Assembly (NCBI GenBank): GCA_033762915.1
Contig: JANRLD010000095.1
Coordinates: 1 to 17,112 of the forward strand
Direction: 5' to 3'
Source: Meiothermus sp.
GTDB taxonomy: Bacteria; Deinococcota; Deinococci; Deinococcales; Thermaceae
DNA length: 17,112 nt
The position numbers and the translations under genes were made by a program. Below the pieces are notes generated by a model that made no database searches, was not told where the DNA came from, and saw only the letters and a program-made list of their open reading frames with translations. This document shows, piece after piece, positions 8,197 to 17,112 of the stretch (the stretch's first letter is position 1; each line of letters starts with the position of its first letter).

Positions 8197-10212
8197 ATGA
8201 ACGACTCTGGCTTCCGCTACCAAGGCCCCCCGCCCGCCGGGGATCAGCCCAAAGCCATCGCGGGCATGGTCGAGGCGCTACGCAATGGAGAGCGCTTCAC
8301 CACCCTGCTGGGCGCAACCGGGACGGGCAAAACTGTCACGATGGCCCAGACCATCGCCACCCTGAACCGCCCGGCCCTGGTGATGGCCCCCAACAAGATT
8401 CTGGCCGCCCAGCTCTCGCAGGAGTTCAAGGAGCTGTTCCCCGAGAACGCGGTGGAGTTCTTCATCAGCTACTACGACTACTACCAGCCCGAGGCCTACG
8501 TGCCGGGGCGCGACCTGTTCATCGAGAAGGACGCCGCCGTGAACCCCGAGATCGAGCGGCTGCGCCACTCCACCACCCGCAGCCTGCTCACCCGGCGCGA
8601 CACCATCGTGGTGGCCTCGGTCTCGGCCATCTACGGCCTGGGAAGCCCCGAGGACTACAAGAACATGAGCCTGATCGTGGAAGTGGGGCAGGAGATCCCC
8701 CGCGACACCATCATCGAGCGGCTGATTGACTTGCAGTACGAGCGGGGCGACTTGCAGCTCGAGGCCGGGAAGTTCCGGGCCAAGGGCGAGACCCTCGAGA
8801 TCTGGCCGGCCTACGAGCAGGAGCCCATCCGCGTCGAGCTGTGGGGCAACACCATCGACCGCATCACCCAGGTCCACCCGGTCACCGGCGACCGGCTGCG
8901 CGACCTGCCCGGCTTCGTGCTGCTGGGGGCCTCGCACTACGCCACCCCCGAGTGGCGGCTCAAGGAGGCCATCCCCAAGATTCGGGCGGAACTCGAGGAG
9001 CGCCTTAAGCTGTTTGAGGAGGAGGGCAAGCTCTTGGAGGCCCAGCGCCTCAAGGAGCGCACCCTCTACGACCTGGAGATGCTCGAGGTCATGGGGACCT
9101 GCCCCGGCATCGAAAACTACTCGCGTTTCCTCTCCGGCAAGGCCCCCGGCGAGGCCCCCTTCACCCTGCTGGACTACTTCCCCGACGACTACATCGTGCT
9201 CCTCGACGAGTCCCACGTCACCGCTCCGCAGATCCGGGGCATGTACAACGGCGACTACATGCGCAAGCGCACCCTAGTCGACTACGGCTTCCGGCTGCCC
9301 TCAGCGCTGGACAACCGGCCGCTCAAGTTCAATGAGTTTCTCGAGCGCACCGGCCAACTGGTCTTCGTCTCGGCCACCCCCGGCCCCTACGAGCTGGAGG
9401 TCTCGGGCGCGACCGTCGAGCAGATCATTCGCCCCACCGGCCTGCTCGACCCGCAGGTGATGGTCAAGCCCGCCAAGGGCCAGATCGAAGACCTGATGGG
9501 GGCCATCCGCACCCGGGCCGCCAAGGGCGAGCGCACCCTGGTGACTGTCCTGACCGTGCAGATGGCCGAGGAGTTAACCAACTACCTCGTAGAGCACTCG
9601 GTGCGGGCCAGGTATCTGCACCACGAGCTCGACGCCTTCGAGCGCCAGGCCCTACTGCGCGACCTAAGGCTGGGCCACTTCGACGCGCTGGTGGGGATCA
9701 ACCTGCTGCGCGAGGGCTTGGACTTGCCCGAGGTCTCGCTGGTGGCGATTCTCGACGCCGACAAGCAGGGCTTCCTGCGCTCGGAGCGCTCGCTGATCCA
9801 GACCATCGGCCGGGCCGCCCGCAACGTGGGGGGCGAGGTCTTCCTCTATGCCGAGACCATGTCCGACGCCATGAAGGCCGCGGTGAGCGAGACCAACCGC
9901 CGCCGGGCCATTCAGGAGGCCTACAACCTCGAGCACGACATCACCCCCAAGACCGTACAGAAGGGGGTGCGCAAAGTGCTCAAGCCCGACGACTACGAGG
10001 CCGATGCAGTGGAAGCGGCCCTGGCCGACGACCCCGCCATCTTGCAGGGCATGCTGGAGCAGCTCGAGACCGAGATGTGGGCAGCCTCGGAGGCCCTCGA
10101 CTTCGAGAAGGCCGCCGGGATCCGGGATCAGATGCGCGGCCTCGAGGCCCGCATCAAGGGCCTGCCCGAGCCCACCACCGCCGGAAAGGGCAAGCGGAGA
10201 AGAAGGCGTTAA
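8197..10212 (+). CDS. uvrB: Excinuclease ABC subunit B
   Basis: PAGDQPKAI, Walker [60 protein letters not shown]-terminal UVR motif [10 protein letters not shown]. Confidence 0.98.
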   Translation: MNDSGFRYQGPPPAGDQPKAIAGMVEALRNGERFTTLLGATGTGKTVTMAQTIATLNRPALVMAPNKILAAQLSQEFKELFPENAVEFFISYYDYYQPEAYVPGRDLFIEKDAAVNPEIERLRHSTTRSLLTRRDTIVVASVSAIYGLGSPEDYKNMSLIVEVGQEIPRDTIIERLIDLQYERGDLQLEAGKFRAKGETLEIWPAYEQEPIRVELWGNTIDRITQVHPVTGDRLRDLPGFVLLGASHYATPEWRLKEAIPKIRAELEERLKLFEEEGKLLEAQRLKERTLYDLEMLEVMGTCPGIENYSRFLSGKAPGEAPFTLLDYFPDDYIVLLDESHVTAPQIRGMYNGDYMRKRTLVDYGFRLPSALDNRPLKFNEFLERTGQLVFVSATPGPYELEVSGATVEQIIRPTGLLDPQVMVKPAKGQIEDLMGAIRTRAAKGERTLVTVLTVQMAEELTNYLVEHSVRARYLHHELDAFERQALLRDLRLGHFDALVGINLLREGLDLPEVSLVAILDADKQGFLRSERSLIQTIGRAARNVGGEVFLYAETMSDAMKAAVSETNRRRAIQEAYNLEHDITPKTVQKGVRKVLKPDDYEADAVEAALADDPAILQGMLEQLETEMWAASEALDFEKAAGIRDQMRGLEARIKGLPEPTTAGKGKRRRRR

Positions 10213-10330
10213 GTTGCGCCATAGTGAGTTTGCGAAACCCCCGACGCGACCTCGGCGGCGAGCGGCCTGCAGGCGCAATTCTCTATAGGCTACCGGCTGG
10301 CATTTCACATCTCAGCTATGGAGACATCTA
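10210..10330 (+). repeat. MITE-like element family 1, copy A
   Basis: TAAGTTGCGCCATAGTGAGTTTGCGAAA...GGCGCAATT...CTATGGAGACATCTA. The first 19 nt are identical to the reverse complement of 16376-16394. Begins at the uvrB TAA. Confidence 0.82.
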
Positions 10331-10331
10331 G

Positions 10332-10697
10332 GTGCAAAAGCTGCTCTTCGTGTGCAGCCGCAACCTCTGGCGCAGCCCCACCGCCGCGGACTTATTCGTC
10401 GGGAGCCAAAGCTACGAGGCCCGTTCGGCGGGCACCGAGCCCAGCGCCCGGCGCAGGGTAAACGAGGCCCTGCTGCGCTGGGCCGATCTTATCTTCGTGA
10501 TGGAGAAGCGCCACTGCGAGAGGCTGTGGCAGCGGTTCCCCGAGGCCCTGCACGGCAAACGGGTGGGGGTGCTGGACATCCCAGACCAGTACAGCTACGG
10601 CGACCCGGAGCTGGTGCAACTCCTGCGGCTCAGCCTTCTCCCCTATCTCCGGCTCGAGCCTGCTAGTGGCTCGTCTTCGCTCGAGCCTGCCGAGTAG
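10332..10697 (+). CDS. Small LMW protein-tyrosine-phosphatase-like protein (COG4551-type)
   Basis: LFVCSRNLWRSPTA P-loop, RSAGT, WADLIFVME, LDIPDQYSYGDPEL. Lacks the ArsC resolving Cys pair. GTG start with GGAG 8 nt upstream. Confidence 0.85.
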   Translation: MQKLLFVCSRNLWRSPTAADLFVGSQSYEARSAGTEPSARRRVNEALLRWADLIFVMEKRHCERLWQRFPEALHGKRVGVLDIPDQYSYGDPELVQLLRLSLLPYLRLEPASGSSSLEPAE

Positions 10698-10711
10698 GGT
10701 TCGACGTACAG

Positions 10712-10738
10712 AAAAAAAGTGTCAAAGCGGCATTTTTT
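10712..10738. terminator. Weak A-tract/T-tract hairpin, possible terminator after the uvrB-phosphatase genes
   Basis: AAAAAAAGTGTC-AAAGC-GGCATTTTTT, with G-U pairs in the stem. Confidence 0.3.
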
Positions 10739-10796
10739 GCTGCACGCTAGCGCCGATTTCCGGCAAATTTGGCCCTGGCGTTGTATGATACCCGGC

Positions 10797-12143
10797 ATGG
10801 CACAGAGCAAGACCGACCTCCTGCAAGCCCTAAAGGCCAATCACGTCAGCATCCTGCGTTTGCAGTTCACCGACATCCTGGGCATCAACAAGGTGGTCGA
10901 GCTGCCGGCTTCGCAGTTCGAGAAGGCCCTCGACGGCGAGATTGTCTTCGACGGGCGCAGCATTGAGGGCTTCGGGCGGGCCGACACCGAGGAGTCGGAC
11001 ATGTTCCTGCGCCCCGACTACGACACTTTTGTGGTCTACCCCAAGAGCCTCGAGCCCACGCCCCACGGCCAGATCGCCCGCCTGATCTGCGACGTGGCCG
11101 AGTCCAACGGCAAGCCCTACGAGGGCGACCCCCGCCGTGCCTTAAAGCGCCAGGTCGAGCGGGTACAGAAGAAGGGTTATGACAACCTCTACGTGGGTGT
11201 AGAGCCGGAGTTCTTCCTCTTCAAGCGCGCCCCAAACGGCGAGGCCACCACCGAAACCACCGACCAGGCCAGCTACTTCGACCTCGCCTCCACCGACAAG
11301 GGCGAGGAGGCGCGGCGCGAGATGGTCAATACCCTCACCGAGATGGGCTTCCAGATCGAGGCCGCCCACCACGAGGGCGCTCCGGGCCAGCACGAGATTG
11401 ACTTCAAATACTCCGACGCGCTCAAGACCGCCGACAACATCACCACCTTTAAGTACGTGGTTAAGCGCGTGGCCATCAACCACGGGCTGCACGCCACCTT
11501 CATGCCCAAGCCCAGGGCCGGCATCAGCGGCTCGGGGATGCACTTCCACCTCTCGCTGTTCAAGGGCGGTCACAACGCCTTCTACGAGGCCAAGGGCCAG
11601 TACCAGCTCTCCAAAGAAGCCCTTCGCTTCGTGGCGGGTCTGTTCGAGCACGCCGACGGCATGGTGGCTATCACCAACCCGCTGGTGAACTCCTACAAGC
11701 GCCTGACCCCCGGCTTCGAGGCCCCGACCAGCGTGGCCTGGTCGGTCTCATACCGCAGCGCCATGATCCGGATTCCGGCGCGGCGCGGGGGCGGAACCAG
11801 GGTCGAGTACCGCGTCCCCGACCCCAGTTGCAACCCCTACCTGGCCCTGGCCGCGATGGCGGGCGCGGGCATGGAGGGCATCGAGGGCAACCTGACCCCT
11901 CCCCCGCCCATCGAGCGCAATGTCTACGACCTCTCGGTGCGCGACCGCCGCAAGTACCGGGTAAGCGAGCTGCCGGTCACCCTGGGCGAAGCCCTCGAGG
12001 CCCTCCGCAAGAATCGGGCCATCCGCGAGGCGCTGGGCAAGCAGATCTACGACAATTTTTTGGATGCGAAGCAGCTCGAGTGGGGCTCGTACCGAATTGC
12101 AGTGCACCAGTGGGAGTTGGATCAGTACTTGGCGGAGTACTGA
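10797..12143 (+). CDS. glnA: Glutamine synthetase type I family protein, probably leaderless
   Basis: LQFTDILG, FDGRSIEGF, EESDM, VEPEFF, HHE...QHEIDF, TFMPKP, GSGMH, NSYKRL, RVEYRVPDPSCNPYLA. Start moved from 10719 to the ATG at 10797, 7 nt after TATGAT (10784-10789). Confidence 0.88.
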   Translation: MAQSKTDLLQALKANHVSILRLQFTDILGINKVVELPASQFEKALDGEIVFDGRSIEGFGRADTEESDMFLRPDYDTFVVYPKSLEPTPHGQIARLICDVAESNGKPYEGDPRRALKRQVERVQKKGYDNLYVGVEPEFFLFKRAPNGEATTETTDQASYFDLASTDKGEEARREMVNTLTEMGFQIEAAHHEGAPGQHEIDFKYSDALKTADNITTFKYVVKRVAINHGLHATFMPKPRAGISGSGMHFHLSLFKGGHNAFYEAKGQYQLSKEALRFVAGLFEHADGMVAITNPLVNSYKRLTPGFEAPTSVAWSVSYRSAMIRIPARRGGGTRVEYRVPDPSCNPYLALAAMAGAGMEGIEGNLTPPPPIERNVYDLSVRDRRKYRVSELPVTLGEALEALRKNRAIREALGKQIYDNFLDAKQLEWGSYRIAVHQWELDQYLAEY

Positions 12144-12183
12144 AGGTTGGTGCATTGCTCCAAGAACTCCCTGAGCCCCGGGT

Positions 12184-12729
12184 TCAGACCCGCAGCGAGC
12201 CGCGAAATCCCCTGGCGGCGTAGTAGGACTCCGCGCCGTTGTGGTATAGGAAGACGGTGTTGTAGCGGCGGTCGCAGAAGAGGGCACCGCCCAGCTTGCG
12301 GATCTCGGGCGGGGTCTGTATCCAGCTCGAGGTCTTGGTGTCGAACTCGCCGAGCTGCTGCAAGGCCCGGTACTCTGCCTCGGTCAGCAGTTCGATACCC
12401 ATCGCCGAAGCCATGTTCATGGCGGAGTCTTCGGGCTTATTCTCTTTTCTAGAGTTGAGCGCGGCGTGGTCGAAACAGAGGCTCCGGCGACCCTTGGGGC
12501 TCTCGGCCGAGCAGTCGCAGAAGATGTACTCGCCGGTCCGAGCGTCGTGGCCGATCACATCCGGCTCGCCCCCGGTCTGCTCCATCTGATAGAGCGAGGC
12601 CAGCTTGTCGGGGTGGGCCTCGAGGCGGTTCTGTAGCTCGGCCCAGCTCAGGCCCCGGTGGCGCTTCATGTTCTTCTCGAAACGGGTTTTCAGCACCTTC
12701 AGCAGTTCGTCGCCTTGTTTTACGGTCAT
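12184..12729 (-). CDS. DUF4256 family protein
   Basis: RFEKNMKRH, MEQTGGEPDV, DCSAESPKGRRSLC, KTSSW, YHNGAESYYAARGFRG match my recollection of DUF4256. AAGGAG 8 nt before the ATG at 12729 favours this start over 12747. Confidence 0.8.
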   Translation of the reverse strand: MTVKQGDELLKVLKTRFEKNMKRHRGLSWAELQNRLEAHPDKLASLYQMEQTGGEPDVIGHDARTGEYIFCDCSAESPKGRRSLCFDHAALNSRKENKPEDSAMNMASAMGIELLTEAEYRALQQLGEFDTKTSSWIQTPPEIRKLGGALFCDRRYNTVFLYHNGAESYYAARGFRGSLRV

Positions 12730-12778
12730 GACTCGGGCTCCTTGCATTGTTGTCTTCGGTCGGCGTGGGGCGCCGGGG

Positions 12779-13006
12779 TCAGTCGGACAGCGGTCGTGCC
12801 TTGCGCCACCGGGTGGCGTAGGGCAGGACGAACAGGTAGAGGCCGCTGAACAGCAGCAGGGCCAGCGGGGGCAGCGGCAGGTAGAAGACCCAGGCAGCGG
12901 GCTCCTTCTGCAGGGCAGCGACGAAGCAGACCACGACCGCCGCCGTGAAGATCACGGACAGCCAGCGGTGGGCCTGCCGAATCAGCCTGTTCCCGTTTGC
13001 GTTCAT
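12779..13006 (-). CDS. Small two-TM membrane protein of unknown function
   Basis: IRQAHRWLSVIFT, two hydrophobic segments, SGLYLFVLPY. GGAGG RBS. Co-oriented within the operon. Confidence 0.75.
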   Translation of the reverse strand: MNANGNRLIRQAHRWLSVIFTAAVVVCFVAALQKEPAAWVFYLPLPPLALLLFSGLYLFVLPYATRWRKARPLSD

Positions 13007-13040
13007 GTCAAACCTCCCTCATAAGGTCGCCTGGGTTGGC

Positions 13041-13150
13041 TCACAGCGGTTCCCACGAACACCACGCACGCAGAGACTCGGATGTGCGGGGTACATTACG
13101 CCCGCTTCAGCGCATCACCGCGTGAGGCGTAATGGTGGGAACCGCTGTCA
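13041..13150. mobile_element. MITE-like element family 2, copy Y (104 bp between TCA direct repeats)
   Basis: TCA|CAGCGGTTCCCAC (13044-13056)...GTGGGAACCGCTG (13135-13147)|TCA: perfect 13-bp terminal inverted repeats. The right TCA is the SRPBCC stop codon. Confidence 0.8.
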
Positions 13151-13588
13151 GACAGCCTTCTCCAGCAGCTCGAGCAACCTCCCGCCCATCAGCTTCCAGC
13201 CGTACTTCGCTCCGCCGAAGTTCTGCCGCTGGTGCGGCTTGAAGCCCGTCTGCACCAGCGTCAGGCGGGTGCCCGAGGGCGTGGGGGTGAGGACGAAGGT
13301 CACCACGGTGTCTATGTCGCCGACCACCCAGGCGTAGCTGAGCATCCGGTGCGGCTCGACCTCGAGCAGCCGGCAGTTAACGGTGCCGTCCCAGCCCGGC
13401 GCCGGTGGGGCCTTGAAGGCGAAAGCCGTCTCCGGCTCGAGGCTGAAACCCGTCACGGGCAGCAGCCACTCTGCCAGCAGCGCGGGGTCGGTGAGGGCAC
13501 GCCAGACCTTCTCCGGCTTGTGGCGAAGGTCGAACTCGAAGGAGACGGCCTCGGTCTGGGCGGGGGCGGTGGTGTCGCTGAGGGTCAT
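13148..13588 (-). CDS. SRPBCC / AHSA1-like ligand-binding domain protein
   Basis: PEKVWRALTDPALLAEWL, LEVEPHRMLSYAW, TVVTFVLTPTPSGTRLTLVQTGF, GW motif. ATGA overlap with the upstream regulator. Confidence 0.9.
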   Translation of the reverse strand: MTLSDTTAPAQTEAVSFEFDLRHKPEKVWRALTDPALLAEWLLPVTGFSLEPETAFAFKAPPAPGWDGTVNCRLLEVEPHRMLSYAWVVGDIDTVVTFVLTPTPSGTRLTLVQTGFKPHQRQNFGGAKYGWKLMGGRLLELLEKAV

Positions 13589-13914
13589 TCGTCCATCCCT
13601 TCCAGCAGGCGCTCGAGGCGGCCCACGTGCAGGGGCCAGAAGGCGCGGTAGTGGGCGATCCAGTCGAACAGTGGCTGCATCCCCCGCGGCTCGACCCGGT
13701 AGTAGACGCTACGCCCCTCGCGGCGGGCCTGCACCAGACCAGCCTCCTTTAGGGTGGCGAGGTGCTGAGAGACGGCGGGCTGCGAGATCTCGAAGCGGGC
13801 AGTGATCTCTTTCACCGCCGCCTCGCCGCGCAGCAGCGACTCGAAGATGGCCCGGCGGCTGCGATCCGCCAGCGCATGAAAGACTCGGTCTTGGGCCGCG
13901 ACTACGGGTTGCAT
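13585..13914 (-). CDS. ArsR/SmtB-family transcriptional regulator (cysteine-free, SRPBCC-associated type)
   Basis: FHALADRSRRAI, ISQPAVSQHLATLKEAGLV, REGRSVYYR. Confidence 0.92.
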   Translation of the reverse strand: MQPVVAAQDRVFHALADRSRRAIFESLLRGEAAVKEITARFEISQPAVSQHLATLKEAGLVQARREGRSVYYRVEPRGMQPLFDWIAHYRAFWPLHVGRLERLLEGMDE

Positions 13915-13918
13915 GCTT

Positions 13919-13949
13919 AATATATAAGCGACTACTTATGAATTGTCAA
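13919..13949 (-). promoter_or_regulatory. Promoter and probable autoregulatory operator of the ArsR-SRPBCC operon
   Basis: Minus strand: TTGACA, 17 nt, TATATATT, AAGC, ATG. Palindrome ATAAG-N6-CTTAT at 13924-13939 overlaps the spacer and -10. Confidence 0.75.
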
Positions 13950-13960
13950 TCATGTAGGGA

Positions 13961-13989
13961 TCTTGTGGGGATTCACAAATCCCACGAGA
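13961..13989. terminator. Stem-loop immediately after the alr stop codon
   Basis: TCTTGTGGGGATT-CACA-AATCCCACGAGA imperfect inverted repeat. No clear U-tract. Confidence 0.35.
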
Positions 13990-13990
13990 A

Positions 13991-15079
13991 CTACGGCTCG
14001 AGCCTTGCCACTTCCTTCCCTTCGCGCACGTAGACCCTCGGCAGGCGGTGGGCCAGACGCACGGCGGGCTCGTAGCTGCTGGTGCCCACCAACTCGGCCC
14101 AGCCCCAGATGGAGCCGGTGGGGTCGAAGTCGGACGAGGCGACCTCGAACACCCGGTCTAGCGACACCGGGCCGGGAATCCTGACGGTGATCTGATCCAT
14201 CGAGACCCGCCCCACCACCAAGCAGGGTTGGCCATCCAGCTTCACGGTGGCGCGATTGAATACGGTGCGCGGCATCCCGTCGGCGTAGCCGACGGGAAGG
14301 GTCGCAATCCACTCCTGGCCCTGCGTGGTGTACAGGCCGTTGTAGCCAATCCTGTGGCCTGCGGGGACGAGTTTGACCTGGGTGGGCTTGGCCAGTACTC
14401 GAGCAATCGGCCGCACGCCCCATCCAGGAATCAGCCCGTACAGCCCGATGCCGGGACGCACCGCGCTCAGCCCCATTTGAGGGAAGTTGACCGTGCCCGC
14501 CGTGTTGCAGAGGTGGTAGAAGTAGCCCTCGCCGAAAACCGACTGGACGTGGCGAAACTGGGCGATCTGTTCGGAAGTCCAGGCCACGTCCTCCTCGGCG
14601 TCGGCGAAGTGGGAGTATATCCCCTGAACCAACAGGTTCGGGTAGCCCGCAAACCGCTGCCTGACCTCGGCGGCCTGCCCGGGCCGAAAGCCCACCCGAC
14701 CCATGCCGGTGTCGAACTCGAGATGAACCGAGACGGGTTTCCCCAGCGCGTTCAAGGCCTCGGCGCCCTCGAAGGTGGAGACCGAAGGGATCAAGTCCAG
14801 CTCCGCTACCTCCACGGCTTGCTGGGGGTGCAGGCTGCCCATCAGGAGTACTCGAGCCACGATGCCCGCCCGGCGCAGTTCGCGAGCTTCCCCCGTGGTC
14901 GCCACCGCCAGCCCCCAGACCCCCAGCCGCAACAACTCCTTGCCAACCTCGGCCGCCCCGTGCCCGTAGGCGTTGGCCTTAATCACCCCCACGGCGGGGA
15001 CGTTGCCGGCCCTGGCGCGCAGGGCATGAAGGTTGTGGGCGAGCGTGTCGAAGTTGACCTCGAGCCAGGCGGGGCGCAT
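13991..15079 (-). CDS. alr: Alanine racemase
   Basis: PLP lysine motif VIKANAYGHG, DTGMGRVG, YSHFADA, VRPGIGLYG, IGYNGLY, PVGYADG, GRVSMDQ. TATCGT 6 nt before the ATG. Confidence 0.95.
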   Translation of the reverse strand: MRPAWLEVNFDTLAHNLHALRARAGNVPAVGVIKANAYGHGAAEVGKELLRLGVWGLAVATTGEARELRRAGIVARVLLMGSLHPQQAVEVAELDLIPSVSTFEGAEALNALGKPVSVHLEFDTGMGRVGFRPGQAAEVRQRFAGYPNLLVQGIYSHFADAEEDVAWTSEQIAQFRHVQSVFGEGYFYHLCNTAGTVNFPQMGLSAVRPGIGLYGLIPGWGVRPIARVLAKPTQVKLVPAGHRIGYNGLYTTQGQEWIATLPVGYADGMPRTVFNRATVKLDGQPCLVVGRVSMDQITVRIPGPVSLDRVFEVASSDFDPTGSIWGWAELVGTSSYEPAVRLAHRLPRVYVREGKEVARLEP

Positions 15080-15176
15080 GGGGAAACGATACAGGAGGAG
15101 GGAGTACGGAGGAAAGAGCTGCCATGTCGGCCCCAGACACGGTGCGTGGCCTGAGGCCGGTTAGTATCAGGGCAAG

Positions 15177-15932
15177 ATGGTCCTAGACACCCAGGAGCCC
15201 CGGCTTGCTGCCCGGTTGCGCGGGCTGATGCACCGCGTAAAGGCCCAGAACCTCGGGCTTAAAGGCCAGGGCGTGGACTACGCGGGGCTGAGCACAGGGC
15301 CCCTGTGGGCCGAACTCGAGGACTGCCTCGATCAGCTCCGCGCCCTTGAGCCCACCGCCTGGCCGCAGTTCGAGGGGCGAGCCTTTTGGATCAACCTCTA
15401 CAACGTGTTGGTGATGCACGCGGTGGTGACGCGTGGCCATCCCGGCACCAACCCGCTGCGCCAGCTTGCCTTTTTTAACCGCAGAATCTGGATCGTTGGG
15501 GGACGGCGCCTCAGCCTCGACGACCTCGAACACGGCCTCCTGAGAGGCAACCGCCGCCACCCCTTCTACCCGCTGCCGCAGCTCGGCCCCGGCGACCCCC
15601 GGCGGCCCTGGGTGCTGCCGCTCGAGCCCCGCATCCACTTCGTCCTCAACTGCGGGGCCAGGAGTTGCCCACCCATCGGGGTCTATCGGGCCGACGGGCT
15701 AGAGGATCAGCTCGAGCTGGCCACGGCCTCCTACCTCGGCTCGGAGGTGGAGCCCGCGGGCGGGGTGCTGCGGCTGCCGCAAATTCTCAGGTGGTATGCG
15801 GGTGACTTCGGCGGGCGCAAGGGTCTGGCGGAGCTGCTGGGACGACACCTTGGGCTCGAGACGGCCGAGGTTCTGGGGCGCAGGTGGGTGTATAAGCCCT
15901 ACGACTGGAGGACAAACGCCCTAGCGCCCTAA
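15177..15932 (+). CDS. DUF547 domain protein
   Basis: AFWINLYN, SLDDLEHGLLRGN, PRIHFVLNCGARSCP, terminal YDW. Confidence 0.88.
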   Translation: MVLDTQEPRLAARLRGLMHRVKAQNLGLKGQGVDYAGLSTGPLWAELEDCLDQLRALEPTAWPQFEGRAFWINLYNVLVMHAVVTRGHPGTNPLRQLAFFNRRIWIVGGRRLSLDDLEHGLLRGNRRHPFYPLPQLGPGDPRRPWVLPLEPRIHFVLNCGARSCPPIGVYRADGLEDQLELATASYLGSEVEPAGGVLRLPQILRWYAGDFGGRKGLAELLGRHLGLETAEVLGRRWVYKPYDWRTNALAP

Positions 15933-16044
15933 GGGTCTCGACAGTTGAACTGCGAGATGGTGCCCCGAAATACCTGTAGGGAATTGCGCTAGGGACGTCA
16001 CCGTTGTCCCCTCTGATTTCGCTGATTCGCCCTGGCGCAACTAA
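15930..16044 (-). repeat. MITE-like element family 1, copy D
   Basis: Minus strand TTAGTTGCGCCAGGGCGAATCAGCGAAA...AGCGCAATT...CATCTCGCAGTTCAACTGTCGAGACCCTTA. Its end overlaps the DUF547 TAA. Confidence 0.75.
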
Positions 16045-16073
16045 TCCGTGCGACGGGGTGCCGCGTCTGGGTT

Positions 16074-16188
16074 TAAGTTGCCCCAGGGTAGGTTTGCGAA
16101 ACCGCTGGACGCAGCAATCAACTGCCTAGCGCAATCCCCTGCGGACATCCCGGGGAGCCATTTCGCGATTTCCCCATGGAGACACTTA
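16074..16188 (+). repeat. MITE-like element family 1, copy C
   Basis: TAAGTTGCCCCAGGGTAGGTTTGCGAAA...AGCGCAAT...CATTTCGCGATTTCCCCATGGAGACACTTA. Confidence 0.78.
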
Positions 16189-16272
16189 TGACTGCAGCAG
16201 CCCAAACATCCACCATCAGCTCGGATTGGCGCGTTGGGGGGTCAGGCTAAACCTCCTTGCGGGCGAAGATCC

Positions 16273-16391
16273 TAAGTATCTCCATAGTGGAATTGCAGCA
16301 TCCGCACTCACCGATAGATCGGGAAATTGCGCCCACAAGCCGCTCGCTGATGAGGCTGTGCTGAAGTCTTGCAATCTCACTATGGCGCAAC

Positions 16392-16394
<3 letters not shown>
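16273..16394 (-). repeat. MITE-like element family 1, copy B
   Basis: Minus strand TAAGTTGCGCCATAGTGAGATTGCAAGA...GCGAGCGGC...GGCGCAATT...CACTATGGAGATACTTA. Begins at the livF TAA. Confidence 0.82.
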
Positions 16395-17111
<717 letters not shown>

Positions 17112-17112
17112 G

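Noticed and set aside
10208..10330. Family-1 repeats as integron attC sites or a CRISPR array
   Set aside because: GTTRRRY occurs only at copy A, flanking genes are housekeeping, orientations are mixed, there is no regular repeat-spacer period, and no intI or cas gene is present.
10746..10779. Imperfect dyad upstream of the glnA -10 as a GlnR/TnrA-type box
   Set aside because: Only ~10/14 symmetric in GC-rich DNA and does not match TGTNA-N7-TNACA.
13585..13914. ArsR-family gene as the regulator of the arsC-aquaporin-arsC operon
   Set aside because: It has no cysteines for As(III) binding, lies ~12 kb away, and has its own operon and a different operator palindrome.

Overview
GC-rich chromosomal window from the Thermaceae (Deinococcota), most likely Meiothermus or a close relative; this is inferred from the SlpA N-terminus, the divergent glmS/slpA pair, leaderless starts and abundant CTCGAG. 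Gene order: pstB 3' end (+); arsC-aquaporin-arsC (-); glmS (-) with an atypical, expanded glmS ribozyme in a long leader; S-layer gene slpA (+); uvrB and a small LMW phosphatase-like gene (+); glnA-family gene (+); ArsR-SRPBCC-small membrane protein-DUF4256 operon (-); alr (-); DUF547 (+); livF (-, truncated by the window edge). The most interesting signals are non-coding: (1) five diverged copies of a ~115-122 bp element with 28-bp imperfect terminal inverted repeats, three in an alternating-orientation cluster and three overlapping stop codons; (2) two copies of a second ~91-104 bp element with TNA flanking duplications at stop codons and covarying internal hairpins; (3) a 17-bp RDRM-like (DdrO-type) palindrome over the uvrB -35; (4) a glmS ribozyme with a two-hairpin insertion next to its core. 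All alignments and counts were done by eye.
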